The notes: generated from the letters alone by a model not told the origin. A stretch of 64,000 nt of DNA from Patescibacteria group bacterium (GCA_038062675.1 JBBTWP010000003.1:129378-193377); one strand, 5' to 3'. Positions 1-9,944 are shown, counted from the first letter of the stretch. A program made the numbers and translations.

Positions 1-1
1 T

Positions 2-91
2 CCTATCGCACCCAAAAGTCCGTTTGCCGGCGTCGTCGCTCCAACACCGGCAAACGCAGGAGGGGATCCATATCGGGAGCCGATTGAATAA
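2..91 (+). CDS. 3' end of an upstream gene (partial), Pro-rich tail ending DPYREPIE
   Basis: Open frame from the window edge reads PIAPKSPFAGVVAPTPANAGGDPYREPIE, then TAA at 89-91. Confidence 0.7.
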   Translation, partial: PIAPKSPFAGVVAPTPANAGGDPYREPIE

Positions 92-99
92 CAGTCGCT

Positions 100-352
100 C
101 GACACGCTCCTTTTTTTAGGGCGCCACGCCTTCTCCTGCGGAAGGCTCGCTAATCCTCGGCGCTTTTCGTGCAGATTACTGCACGAACCAAGCAAAGCGC
201 CTGCGGACCCTGAAAAAAGGAGGTGTCTCGCTCTAAGTGCATACAAACTAGTTTGGGATGAAGGTTTTTGGAGCCTTGCGCAGCCTGACGAGGCGAGCGG
301 AGCAATTCGCCAGCAGGCGAATATGCGTGCCACAAAAACCTTCATCTCAAAT
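100..352. repeat. Two adjacent multi-branched inverted-repeat elements (REP/MITE-like)
   Basis: gacacgctccttttttt(aggg) pairs with ccctgaaaaaaggaggtgtc; tttgggatgaaggtttttg pairs with caaaaaccttcatctcaaa; both have internal hairpins. Confidence 0.6.
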
Positions 353-498
353 GAGTTCTGTTTTTAAACTTCAGTCGTACCCTTAAAACGACACAGCGAG
401 CAAAGAGTTCCGCAGTTTGGTCGCGCTTAACGGACTTGCGCGACACGATTCCGCAGAATCGAGTTTTTTATTCTCTGCGCATGCGGTATAATAATTGT

Positions 499-927
499 AT
501 GCAGTTTCACATCCCTCAACATCTTGAGATCGAAGATAAAATTTTTGGTCCGCTTACCATAAAGCAAGCGATTTACAGTGCTGGTGGGGCAGGGGGAGCA
601 TTTCTCATTTACAAAATCGTTCCTTCTGTTTTTTTTGCAGCTCCACTCATAGTCCTACTCGGCGCACTGACATGGGCGCTCGCATTCTATCCGGAGGAAA
701 AGCTCGGTAAACCATTTATCGAAATCCTTGAATCCGCAGTAAAATATTTTTTTGGCGAAAAACTTTACACGTGGAAAAAAACAAAAAAAGATGTTGCTCT
801 CGGAGAAGAGCAGGAGTTCATTTCAGCAAAAGGCCCTTCTGTTCCCATGGTTTCAAAAGGGGGACTTGCCTCCAAGTCATTTGACCTCGATGTAATCAAA
901 ACGGGGGAGAAACAAGAAAAATTATAA
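499..927 (+). CDS. PrgI-family membrane protein
   Basis: MQFHIPQHLEIEDKIFGPLTIKQ N-terminal motif, two TM helices; ATG lies 6 nt after TATAAT. Confidence 0.85.
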   Translation: MQFHIPQHLEIEDKIFGPLTIKQAIYSAGGAGGAFLIYKIVPSVFFAAPLIVLLGALTWALAFYPEEKLGKPFIEILESAVKYFFGEKLYTWKKTKKDVALGEEQEFISAKGPSVPMVSKGGLASKSFDLDVIKTGEKQEKL

Positions 928-934
928 TAATCAT

Positions 935-1588
935 ATGGCAGTCAAATCAACCGCAGCTCAAAATTTTGTTCCCATCAAAGAAATTCGTGATGGTGTGATT
1001 ATTTTGAAAGATGGTACCTTGCGCACAATCCTCATGGCATCATCAGTAAATATTGCACTCAAATCCGAAGACGAACAATCGGCAATTCTTATGCAATTTC
1101 AAAACTTTTTAAACTCCCTTGAATTTTCAACACAAATTTTTATCCAGTCGCGACGTCTCGATATTCATCCCTACCTCATGCTCCTCGAGGAACGCCTTCG
1201 TGAAGAAGTGAACGACCTTTTGAAAATTCAAATTCGTGAGTACATGAACTTCATAAAAACGGTTGCCAAATCAACCAACATTATGAACAAACTATTCTTA
1301 ATTGTGGTACCGTACGCTCCTCCAAAATCAGTTACGGCGTCGGATGAGAAGAAAGGTTTTTTTGGTTCAGTGACAAAGAAAACATCAAATCCAGTACTTT
1401 CAAAGGGAGCGATGGATGCATTTGAGGAAGCCCGCTCCCAGCTCGAGCAGCGCGCAGGCGTTATCAGCCAAGGACTTTCCCGAACAGGGGTTCGCGTAGT
1501 CGGCCTCGGCACAGAAGAACTTACCGAGCTCTACTACCGCCTCTTTAACCCAGGCGAAGCAGAGAAGCAAACGTCCAAACAACAATAA
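935..1588 (+). CDS. VirB4/TraC N-terminal-like protein (T4SS-like cluster)
   Basis: IKEIRDG..LK...N.ALKS.DEQ...F..FLNSL motif; located between prgI and the VirB4 ATPase. Confidence 0.7.
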   Translation: MAVKSTAAQNFVPIKEIRDGVIILKDGTLRTILMASSVNIALKSEDEQSAILMQFQNFLNSLEFSTQIFIQSRRLDIHPYLMLLEERLREEVNDLLKIQIREYMNFIKTVAKSTNIMNKLFLIVVPYAPPKSVTASDEKKGFFGSVTKKTSNPVLSKGAMDAFEEARSQLEQRAGVISQGLSRTGVRVVGLGTEELTELYYRLFNPGEAEKQTSKQQ

Positions 1589-1599
1589 TCACCATCACC

Positions 1600-3426
1600 A
1601 TGTTTGATTTTTTATCAAAAAAGAATACCGCACCTGAAACAAAGAACACAGTTCCTGTACTCCCGCAGGAGCTCTACAGCGACACAAGCCTGAGCCTCAC
1701 TGATGTCATAGCTCCTTCCGCAGTCAAAATAAACCCAAAAGATATCAACTTGGGGGAGAAGATCGTGCGCACCTTTTTTGTAACATCATACCCAAGCGTG
1801 GTGACCGACAATTGGCTCTCACCGCTCATCAATCTCGACAAAGTCTTTGATATTTCAATCTATATCCACCCTGTCGACACCGCGGGTATCATGAAGAAAT
1901 TTGAGCGCAAGGTTGCTGAAGTACAAAGTCAAATCAACATGCGCGAACAAAAAGGATTCGTTCGCGACCCCATGCTCGAAGCGGCACATCGCGACTTGGA
2001 AGACCTCCGCGACCGACTCCAACAAGCACAGGAAAAAATGTTTGATGTGGGACTTTACCTTTCACTCTACGCCGACACCGAAGAAGAGCTCATGGGCGTT
2101 GAAGCTGAAATCAAATCCATGCTCGAGTCGCGCTTGATCTACCTCCGCCCTGCACTCTTTCAGCAAGGGGAGGCGTTCTTAAGCGTTCTTCCGGTAAACG
2201 ATGACAAAATTGCTGTTACCCGAAAAATCAATTCCGAACCACTCTCAAGCTTCTTCCCGTTTGTGTCTTTCGACCTCACCTCAGACCACGGCATTCTCTA
2301 CGGTATCAACCGCCACAACTCATCCCTTGTTCTTTTTGACCGATTCTCGCTCGAAAACTACAATTCCATCACGTTTGCAAAGTCAGGTTCGGGTAAATCC
2401 TACGCCACTAAACTCGAAATTTTGCGCAGTCTTATGTTCGACGTGGATGTTATTGTTATCGATCCCGAACGCGAGTACGAATCCATGGCGGAAGCTGTTG
2501 GTGGGCGTTATTTCAATATTTCCCTCAACTCCGAACACCATATCAATCCTTTTGATTTACCTGTCCCAAGAGAAGGGGAGTCGCCAGCAGACGTACTTCG
2601 CTCCAATGTTATTGCCTTGGTGGGACTTTTTCGTCTCATGTTGGGTGGGCTCACCGCCGAAGAAGACGCGATTGTCGACCGTGCAATCTCAGAAACCTAC
2701 GCGCTCAAGGACATTACCCCTGATTCAGACTTCTCAACCCTTCAACCACCACTTCTTTCAGACTTTGAAATGATTCTTTCAGGAATGCAGGGAGCAGAAA
2801 GTATCGTTCAGAAACTTTCAAAATACACCCGCGGATCATGGTCCGGGTTCTTGAACCAACCCTCAAATGTGGACATTAACCGCAAATTCATTGTCTTTTC
2901 CGTGCGCGACATGGAGGACGACCTGAAGCCGGTCGCGATGTACATCGTGACGCATTTTATCTGGAATGCCATCCGTCGTACCCTCCGCAAACGCCTTTTG
3001 GTTGTGGATGAAGCGTGGTGGATGATGAAGTCTGACGACACCGCCGCATTCCTTTACGCGCTTGCAAAGCGTGGGCGTAAATATTATCTTGGTATCGCGA
3101 CCATCACTCAAGATGTGAATGACTTTTTGAAATCTCCCTACGGTTTGCCCATTATGACCAACTCGTCTATCCAAATTCTTCTCAAGCAATCACCAACATC
3201 TATTGAATCCATTCAAAAAGCCTTCAATCTCACCAATGAAGAAAAATTCCTCTTGCTTGAGTCGGGCGTAGGGGAGGGGATATTCTTTGCCGGCATGAAA
3301 CACGTCGCCATCAAAACGATTGCATCCTACACCGAAGACCAAATCATCACCTCTGACCCTTCTCAAATCCTTGCCATCAAAAAAGCAAAGCAAGAGCTCG
3401 CTTTGGCTGAGGAAGCCAGTCGGTAA
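1600..3426 (+). CDS. VirB4-like ATPase
   Basis: Walker A AKSGSGKS, IDPEREY, Walker B LLVVDEAW, RKY...ITQ motifs. Confidence 0.9.
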   Translation: MFDFLSKKNTAPETKNTVPVLPQELYSDTSLSLTDVIAPSAVKINPKDINLGEKIVRTFFVTSYPSVVTDNWLSPLINLDKVFDISIYIHPVDTAGIMKKFERKVAEVQSQINMREQKGFVRDPMLEAAHRDLEDLRDRLQQAQEKMFDVGLYLSLYADTEEELMGVEAEIKSMLESRLIYLRPALFQQGEAFLSVLPVNDDKIAVTRKINSEPLSSFFPFVSFDLTSDHGILYGINRHNSSLVLFDRFSLENYNSITFAKSGSGKSYATKLEILRSLMFDVDVIVIDPEREYESMAEAVGGRYFNISLNSEHHINPFDLPVPREGESPADVLRSNVIALVGLFRLMLGGLTAEEDAIVDRAISETYALKDITPDSDFSTLQPPLLSDFEMILSGMQGAESIVQKLSKYTRGSWSGFLNQPSNVDINRKFIVFSVRDMEDDLKPVAMYIVTHFIWNAIRRTLRKRLLVVDEAWWMMKSDDTAAFLYALAKRGRKYYLGIATITQDVNDFLKSPYGLPIMTNSSIQILLKQSPTSIESIQKAFNLTNEEKFLLLESGVGEGIFFAGMKHVAIKTIASYTEDQIITSDPSQILAIKKAKQELALAEEASR

Positions 3427-3504
3427 TTTCTTTTCTCTTTATGTTCCACAGGGTGTGGATATAACTGGATAGCATCTATTCTTATTTCGCGGTATACTAT
3501 TTTT

Positions 3505-4635
3505 ATGCATCGCATGCGTTTTTTCTCACAAGGCGTTATATTGGGGACACTCTTTGCGCTCCCTGTTTTTATATTTGCACAGACGACCACTGGAACATCT
3601 ACTGCAGAAAAAACTGCCCTTCAAGAACAACTTGACACTCTTGTTCAAAGTCGTATCAATCAACTTTCCAGTCCGGCACAAATTCGCATAAATGCCATCC
3701 GCGACTATCTCGAAATTACCACGAGCCCAAAATACCCAAAACCAAATGAGTTGGTGCGTATTACAATAGAAAGTTATCTTACCGACCTCAACAAAGCAAC
3801 GCTTGCTTGGTCAGTAAATGGCGACGTAGTCACACAGGGTATTGGGAAAAAAACTTTCTCCTTTAACAACGGTGCATCAGGAAAAACGACACGCGTCAGT
3901 GTTTTGATACGCACCAACGGGGGAGAAGTGGTTGTTAAGGAATTTTCCTTTAGCCCTATTGGTGTCACCATTCTTTGGGAAGCAGACACCTACACACCGC
4001 CATTCTATAAGGGCAAACCTCTTGCATCCGCACAATCAAGCATCCGCGCCGTCGCCATCCCTGACACCGGCAATGCAAAAAATATTTTAGGCGCGGGAAA
4101 TCTGGTATATGTATGGAAAAAGAACGGTAACAACGTTTCCGAAGCATCAGGCTATGCAAAAAATTCATTCACATTCACAGCACCAAAACCTTACGACGAA
4201 GCAAGTGTCGGGGTTCAGGTTTCTCCAATCGATAGCAATACTGTAAAATCGGAAACACGCGTAAATGTCCCGCTCTCCAATCCTTTTGTTATGTTTTACG
4301 AAAAACACCCCCTCGAAGGCGTGCGCTACGACCGCCCATTAGGAACAAAATTCGCTCTTTCAGGGAAAGAGGTCACCTTGCGCGCAGAACCTTATTTCTT
4401 TTCAAATGAATCCGGCAACAAATCAACCCTGTCCTACCAATGGTCACTCAATGGAAAAAAGACCAGCAATCAAGGACGCACCATTACCCTCAAGAACGAC
4501 AAGGGGGTAAAAGGGGACTCAACCATCAGTATTGCAATTCACGGAATCACACAAACATTCCAATCAGGAAGCAAATCAATCATGCTTCATTTTGGAGAGA
4601 ATACTGACAGTGATATTGAACGACCCATTTTTTAA
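3505..4635 (+). CDS. Secreted beta-rich (Ig-like repeat) protein
   Basis: Signal peptide; repeated Y.W..NG motifs. Confidence 0.65.
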   Translation: MHRMRFFSQGVILGTLFALPVFIFAQTTTGTSTAEKTALQEQLDTLVQSRINQLSSPAQIRINAIRDYLEITTSPKYPKPNELVRITIESYLTDLNKATLAWSVNGDVVTQGIGKKTFSFNNGASGKTTRVSVLIRTNGGEVVVKEFSFSPIGVTILWEADTYTPPFYKGKPLASAQSSIRAVAIPDTGNAKNILGAGNLVYVWKKNGNNVSEASGYAKNSFTFTAPKPYDEASVGVQVSPIDSNTVKSETRVNVPLSNPFVMFYEKHPLEGVRYDRPLGTKFALSGKEVTLRAEPYFFSNESGNKSTLSYQWSLNGKKTSNQGRTITLKNDKGVKGDSTISIAIHGITQTFQSGSKSIMLHFGENTDSDIERPIF

Positions 4636-4647
4636 CACACTATTTTT

Positions 4648-5556
4648 ATGAAATATCTTGCACCAATTCTCGCCGGCACAACTCTCGCACTTTTGGGAGG
4701 GGTGCTCTCTGTGGGTGCGGCGGAAACAATAGGGGAGTACACGCCCTTGGCGCCGCTTCCCGGAACGCTCATCGATGGGACAACGGCAACCAATCTCCCC
4801 ACCTATCTCGCCGGCATGATGAAACTTCTCATTGCCGTTGCGGGATCCCTTGCGTTCCTTATGATGGTCATCGGTGGCACGGAGTATGTTGCGGCAGGCA
4901 TCACTCCCGACGCAAAAGGTCACGCGAAAGAAAAAATCACCAACGCCATCATTGGACTCATCCTCACGCTCGTATCCTATCTCATTCTTCTCTCTATAAA
5001 CCCGCGACTGGTGGAATTTAACCTCGAACTACCGGCAATAGTGCCGAAATCGGAGGCAATTCTTGAAAACAACGTCTCAGGTAGTCCTGCCGGTCCGGGG
5101 GGTTTGGGTGATTCTGCAATACGATTGAGAATCATTAGTGGTGGGAATGACAAGATAACATTTAATCGCGACAATGTTGAGTGCGCAGAAATTGGCCAAA
5201 AAAATTGCACGACAGTATATGGCTTGGGTGAACAAGCAATCAAGGGGGTGATAAATCTCGCCGCCTACTGCACAGGGTGCAAAATAGTTATCACGGGAGG
5301 AACAGAGTACTGGAACCACAGCGAGGGGACAGCTCACAAACCAGGAGGAAACGTTCTAGATCTCTCAAAAAATGACACTGCGCTCAACACCCACATCACC
5401 AAAAATGGTCTTGCGACAAACCAAACAGGGTGTGCAAAGGGGAAACATTATGAAGTTACTGATCAGGCTACAGGAGACAAAATTGTTTATGTAGATGAAG
5501 AAACGGCAGGAACAAACAACGCCCCACATTGGCATGTATGCTTTAGTAGACAATAA
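4648..5556 (+). CDS. TrbC/VirB2-like pilin fused to a putative M15-like Zn peptidase domain
   Basis: Pilin pattern GG.EY...G...AKEKI.NAIIGL.L...SYLIL..INP; C-terminal ITGG...H...H-x7-D...HWH. Confidence 0.7.
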   Translation: MKYLAPILAGTTLALLGGVLSVGAAETIGEYTPLAPLPGTLIDGTTATNLPTYLAGMMKLLIAVAGSLAFLMMVIGGTEYVAAGITPDAKGHAKEKITNAIIGLILTLVSYLILLSINPRLVEFNLELPAIVPKSEAILENNVSGSPAGPGGLGDSAIRLRIISGGNDKITFNRDNVECAEIGQKNCTTVYGLGEQAIKGVINLAAYCTGCKIVITGGTEYWNHSEGTAHKPGGNVLDLSKNDTALNTHITKNGLATNQTGCAKGKHYEVTDQATGDKIVYVDEETAGTNNAPHWHVCFSRQ

Positions 5557-5563
5557 TTAATAT

Positions 5564-6862
5564 ATGGACCGTAAAAAAATTCTCATCATCGCCACCGTCA
5601 TCATCCTTGTCCTTGGGGGAGGAATTGGCGCGTATTACTATTTTTTAAAAAAACCCGTAACTCTCCCACCATCAGGCAACCCATTTCCGGGGGGAGGAAA
5701 CCTTGTTACCAAACCACCCCTCCCACCAGACAACAATCCTGACGATGGCGTCTTCCCCCCTTCAAATGCCAGCACGTCACGCCTCTACGAACTCCACAAA
5801 ACCCCCGTTGCTGGCGTCGGCTTTGCAGAACAAGTGAACGGCAAGAAGAAAACATTTTTTGCACGTTCGCTTGAGCGCGGGTTGGGCCACATATTTGAAA
5901 CAAACTTGGAGACATTGGTTGAATCTCGCATCTCGGGAGAAACATATCCGGGTATTACAGAGGCATTTTTCGGCAACAACGGAAAAAGTGTTATCATCCG
6001 TTCTCTCTCAGAACAAGAAGGGATTGCCATCAAAACTCGTTCGCTTGGACTTACTGCACCTACTATTTCTTTTGCACCAGCAAACAGCGACACAGGAGAA
6101 GCCAACATACCCCCACCAACAGAGACAAACCTTCCTGACTATATCCCACACCTAGGAGTAGCGGAAGACGGCGCCGACAAGATATTTTACATGGAAAACT
6201 CCTTTAGTAGCGCCCGTGGCTCAACTTCAAACTTCAAAGGCACGGCCATCTCGACTATTTTTAATTCATCATTCACTGAATGGTTGCCGCAACTACCCAA
6301 CCAAAAACTTGCGACCCTCACCACCAAGCCATCAAGCAATGTTCCGGGGCACCTTTACTTCATCGACACACAGAGCTCCGCACTCACCAAAATCCTTGGT
6401 GACGTAAAAGGGCTTACAACCACAACAAGTCGTGATGGAAAATTTGTACTCTACACAGAGGTCAAAGCAGGGGTTCCCAACCTTATTGCCTACGATGTTG
6501 CAAAAAAAGAATCTCGTCCACTTTCGCTCAACACACTTGCTGAAAAATGCGGATGGAGCACAAAAGATCCCGTCATCGCTTATTGCGCCATCCCTGAAAA
6601 CCCACCTCGTGGACAGTATCCTGATCAATGGTACCAAGGTGTAATTTCATTTTCTGACAGTATGTGGAAAATCAATGCAAAAACTGGCTTTGCAGAAAAA
6701 ATCTTCACCCCAGAAAAATACCGTGGTGGAATAATGGATATTATAAATCCTATTGTCTCTTCGGATGAAGCGTACTTAGTATTCATCAACAAGAAAACGA
6801 GCACCCCATGGCTCTTTATGCTCAATGAAAAGCCTCAAATCATCGTTCCCTCAACACAATAA
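5564..6862 (+). CDS. Membrane-anchored extracellular beta-propeller-like protein
   Basis: N-terminal TM, Pro-rich linker, SRDGK/SSDE blade-like motifs. Confidence 0.6.
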   Translation: MDRKKILIIATVIILVLGGGIGAYYYFLKKPVTLPPSGNPFPGGGNLVTKPPLPPDNNPDDGVFPPSNASTSRLYELHKTPVAGVGFAEQVNGKKKTFFARSLERGLGHIFETNLETLVESRISGETYPGITEAFFGNNGKSVIIRSLSEQEGIAIKTRSLGLTAPTISFAPANSDTGEANIPPPTETNLPDYIPHLGVAEDGADKIFYMENSFSSARGSTSNFKGTAISTIFNSSFTEWLPQLPNQKLATLTTKPSSNVPGHLYFIDTQSSALTKILGDVKGLTTTTSRDGKFVLYTEVKAGVPNLIAYDVAKKESRPLSLNTLAEKCGWSTKDPVIAYCAIPENPPRGQYPDQWYQGVISFSDSMWKINAKTGFAEKIFTPEKYRGGIMDIINPIVSSDEAYLVFINKKTSTPWLFMLNEKPQIIVPSTQ

Positions 6863-6955
6863 AAGAGTGGGATGAAGCATTGTGGATATGTGGTGCTTTA
6901 ACAAGCGGAAGGTGGCGCGGCAAAAAATTCATTTTAATTAACATCAGTAAACCTT

Positions 6956-8266
6956 ATGGTAAACCAAGAATTACTTACTTTCATCAAACAAGAGCTCGCG
7001 AGGGGAATAACCGAGAGCGACCTCAAAGCATCCCTCAGCACCGCAGGTTGGCCAGAAGCCGACATCTCTGAAGCATTTTCTCTTGCCACAGGAGGGACCT
7101 CAATGCCAGAACTGGGGCAACCAGCCATGCCTGTCTCCACAGTCCTTCTTGGCGCCCCAGCGCTTCTTGGTAAAGCATGGACGCTCTACAAACAGCGCTG
7201 GACGACCTTTTTGACCATCATGATTGCACCTGCTCTGCTATCGATTTTGGTTGAAGTAGGGTCTAGTTCAGTAAAAAACATGGGGGCCTCTTTAAATCCT
7301 TTCATTTTCTTTGGCGTTGCTCTTGTAATGTTGCTTGCTCTTGTAATAATCAACATCTGGTCAAGCGTTGCTCTCTTGCATGCCATCAAGGGAACTTCTG
7401 AGCACCTGAGCGTCACTGCCTCATACGGCAGAGGAGCGCGTCACATTCTTGCTTTTGTGTGGATTTCAATACTTACCACGCTCATTGTGATGGGTGGTTT
7501 TATGCTCCTCATTATCCCGGGAATTATTTTCGCTATTTGGTTCATGTTCGCAACAATGGTGGTTGTGGACGATAACACAAAAGGAATGAACGCGCTCCTC
7601 AAGAGCAGAGAGTACGTTCGTGGCAGGTGGTGGGGGACATGGTGGCGCATGTTTTTTGTGGGGTTAATTTTTATCCCTATTTTCATAGTACTGTTTATCC
7701 TCTCATACCTCCTGACGTTTAAATTTCTACTTCCGGTCGCCGGAGATATTCTCTCGACAATCTCGACCCTATTCCTGACACCCATCATGATGACCTATAT
7801 GTTTGTGCTCTATGAAAACCTCAAAGCAACCCGTGGCTCGTTTGCGTTCGCACCCACAACAGGAAAGAAAGCGCCTTTTATCATTTTGGCGATTTTAGTG
7901 CCCATTTTAATTATTGCATTTATAATCTTTTTAACTTATCTACAAGCAGACACTGCAAAAGACAAAGGGAGAGATCCTGCCATAAAATCAATTATTTCAA
8001 ACATCAAACCAGCTGCAGAGGTTTATTTCGACTCTCACAACAACTATGAAGGATTTTGCAAAAATAACCAACAAGTAAGGGAATCTATTGATACCATTGA
8101 TAAAATAGAAAAAATGGGCACAATATGCAATGCTAACATAACCCAGTATGCGATATCGGCACGCCTCTCGTCGGGAAAATACTTCTGTGTCGACAGCAGC
8201 CAAAACCCCGCAACCCTAACCTCCCGCGGCCTCAAACCCACGGAAACACAGTGCCCTACAGAATAG
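6956..8266 (+). CDS. Polytopic membrane protein with C-terminal type IV pilin-like globular domain
   Basis: About 7 TM helices incl. LLIIPGI and ALLKS..YV.G.WW motifs; C-terminal AE.YF...Y..FC...C...YAISA.L..GKYFCVDS. Confidence 0.65.
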   Translation: MVNQELLTFIKQELARGITESDLKASLSTAGWPEADISEAFSLATGGTSMPELGQPAMPVSTVLLGAPALLGKAWTLYKQRWTTFLTIMIAPALLSILVEVGSSSVKNMGASLNPFIFFGVALVMLLALVIINIWSSVALLHAIKGTSEHLSVTASYGRGARHILAFVWISILTTLIVMGGFMLLIIPGIIFAIWFMFATMVVVDDNTKGMNALLKSREYVRGRWWGTWWRMFFVGLIFIPIFIVLFILSYLLTFKFLLPVAGDILSTISTLFLTPIMMTYMFVLYENLKATRGSFAFAPTTGKKAPFIILAILVPILIIAFIIFLTYLQADTAKDKGRDPAIKSIISNIKPAAEVYFDSHNNYEGFCKNNQQVRESIDTIDKIEKMGTICNANITQYAISARLSSGKYFCVDSSQNPATLTSRGLKPTETQCPTE

Positions 8267-8373
8267 CCAAAGCCGATTCGAACACCTAGCCAAAAACCCT
8301 CATTCGCGCTAGAATGCGGGGAGTGCTTGGCGCAAGCTTAACCAATTACCACATAACAACTTAGTATTTCTTC

Positions 8374-9105
8374 ATGATGGACTTTTTTTCAACCGTTTTT
8401 TACGAACCGCTCTATAATGCGTTGGTTTTTCTCATTTCTGTCGTTCCGGGCGCCAATGTAGGTTTCGCGATTATCCTTTTGACCCTCCTTGTCCGCACAA
8501 TATTGCTGCCCCTTTCCCACAAGTCGGTCGTTTCGCAGGCAAAAATGCGTGCGATTGCTCCCCATGTTGAAAAAGTGAAGGAAAAACACAAAGACAACAA
8601 ACAAGAACAAGCAAAAAAAATTATGGAGCTCTATAAAGAACACGGGGTCAACCCATTTTCAGGATGCCTCTTGCTCCTCATCCAACTCCCGATCATTTTT
8701 GCCCTCTATTTCGTATTCTTTAAGGGCTTACCAAATCTTGATGCTGATATTTTGTACTCATTTGTAAACCATCCGGGGACTATTAGTATGATGTTTTTGG
8801 GCATCTTGCTTTCAGGGAAGAGCATTTTGCTTGCAGCCATTGCGGCAATTAGCCAATATTACCAAATTAAGCTTTCTATTCCTGCCCTCGCAGCGCCAGA
8901 AGCAGGCGCAAAACCTTCATTCAAAGACGACTTCGCGCGTAGTTTCAACCTCCAAATGCGCTATATGCTTCCGCTTATCGTCTTTGGTGTCTCGTACACC
9001 ATCTCTGCGGCAATCGCGCTCTATTGGGCAACCAGCAACCTTTTCTCTATCGCTCACGAGCTTTATGTGAAGAGCAAGGCGGACAAGATAAAAGTTTTGT
9101 CGTAA
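8374..9105 (+). CDS. yidC: YidC/Oxa1 membrane insertase (short form)
   Basis: AIILLTLLVR, MELYKEHGVNPFSGCL...QLPI, ALYW..SN motifs. Confidence 0.93.
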   Translation: MMDFFSTVFYEPLYNALVFLISVVPGANVGFAIILLTLLVRTILLPLSHKSVVSQAKMRAIAPHVEKVKEKHKDNKQEQAKKIMELYKEHGVNPFSGCLLLLIQLPIIFALYFVFFKGLPNLDADILYSFVNHPGTISMMFLGILLSGKSILLAAIAAISQYYQIKLSIPALAAPEAGAKPSFKDDFARSFNLQMRYMLPLIVFGVSYTISAAIALYWATSNLFSIAHELYVKSKADKIKVLS

Positions 9106-9113
9106 CAATCCTC

Positions 9114-9160
9114 CTCAAGCCAAAAAACCTCAGGAAATTCCTGAGGTTTTTTGGCTTGAG
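9114..9160. terminator. Bidirectional terminator between convergent yidC and yidD
   Basis: Perfect long hairpin ctcaagccaaaaaacctcagg...cctgaggttttttggcttgag. Confidence 0.8.
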
Positions 9161-9163
9161 CAA

Positions 9164-9400
9164 CTACACCAATGGATCATCATGATTCTTCTGCCACGGA
9201 TGACACCGCAAAATGCGCCGTATGCCCAAAAATACCCCCTTCACGACACCATACTTCAACACCGCCTGCTTGGTATACTCTGAGCATGTTGGGTAGAATA
9301 CGCACGTTGTACCGCGTCTGAGGGTAAACATGCCGGTATCCGGCGAGAAAAGCTTTTGATAGCCGGTAATGACTGATGCGACTATGTTACGAAATATCAT
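9164..9400 (-). CDS. yidD: Membrane protein insertion efficiency factor YidD
   Basis: C.FYPTCSEY...A..KYG...RILRCHPW. Confidence 0.93.
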   Translation of the reverse strand: MIFRNIVASVITGYQKLFSPDTGMFTLRRGTTCVFYPTCSEYTKQAVLKYGVVKGVFLGIRRILRCHPWQKNHDDPLV

Positions 9401-9729
9401 GAGAGGAGTTTTGATTGTTGCAGCGCTTTTATTAATTCGGTACGTAAAACGGTGGGGGAGGAGGAGAGTGCCTCCTGTTTTGGATACACAACGACTGTTG
9501 CCGAACGCAAATTTTTTATTTGAGGCTCCAAAAGTGCGTATAAACGGCGGCGAAGAGTATTCCGTACAACAGCAGATTTTGAAATTTTCTTGGAGGTAAC
9601 AACAGCAATATGAACGCCTTCACTTTTTGTATACACCACCAAAGAAAAGAGGGGAGAGAAAACGCGAAAACCCCGCACATTTGAGGCGGGGAAGTCTTTT
9701 CGTGATATGCGGTTCTTTTTAGACAACAT
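9397..9729 (-). CDS. rnpA: RNase P protein component
   Basis: MLSKKNRI, SKK..KSAV.RN..RRR; synteny with rpmH. Confidence 0.92.
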   Translation of the reverse strand: MLSKKNRISRKDFPASNVRGFRVFSPLFSLVVYTKSEGVHIAVVTSKKISKSAVVRNTLRRRLYALLEPQIKNLRSATVVVYPKQEALSSSPTVLRTELIKALQQSKLLS

Positions 9730-9806
9730 GTGTGGTCAAAAAACACCAATTAGACATTTGGACGATTTGGACGTCCAACGTCCAAATGTCTAAAACATTC
9801 GAGGTA

Positions 9807-9944
9807 TTATACGGTTGAAAGTCGCTTGCGGCCCTTTTGGCGACGGCGCTTAATCACATTCTTTCCGTTTTTTGATGCACTGCGGACAAGGAAACCATGG
9901 GTTCCTGCGCGTTTCTTCTTTTTTGGCTGGTATGTTTGCGACAT
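9807..9944 (-). CDS. rpmH: 50S ribosomal protein L34 (missing from the ORF track)
   Basis: Manual translation [45 protein letters not shown]. Confidence 0.95.
   Translation of the reverse strand: MSQTYQPKKKKRAGTHGFLVRSASKNGKNVIKRRRQKGRKRLSTV

Noticed and set aside
935-3426. Conjugative element (ICE)
   Set aside because: No relaxase, coupling protein, integrase or att site visible; embedded beside core origin genes
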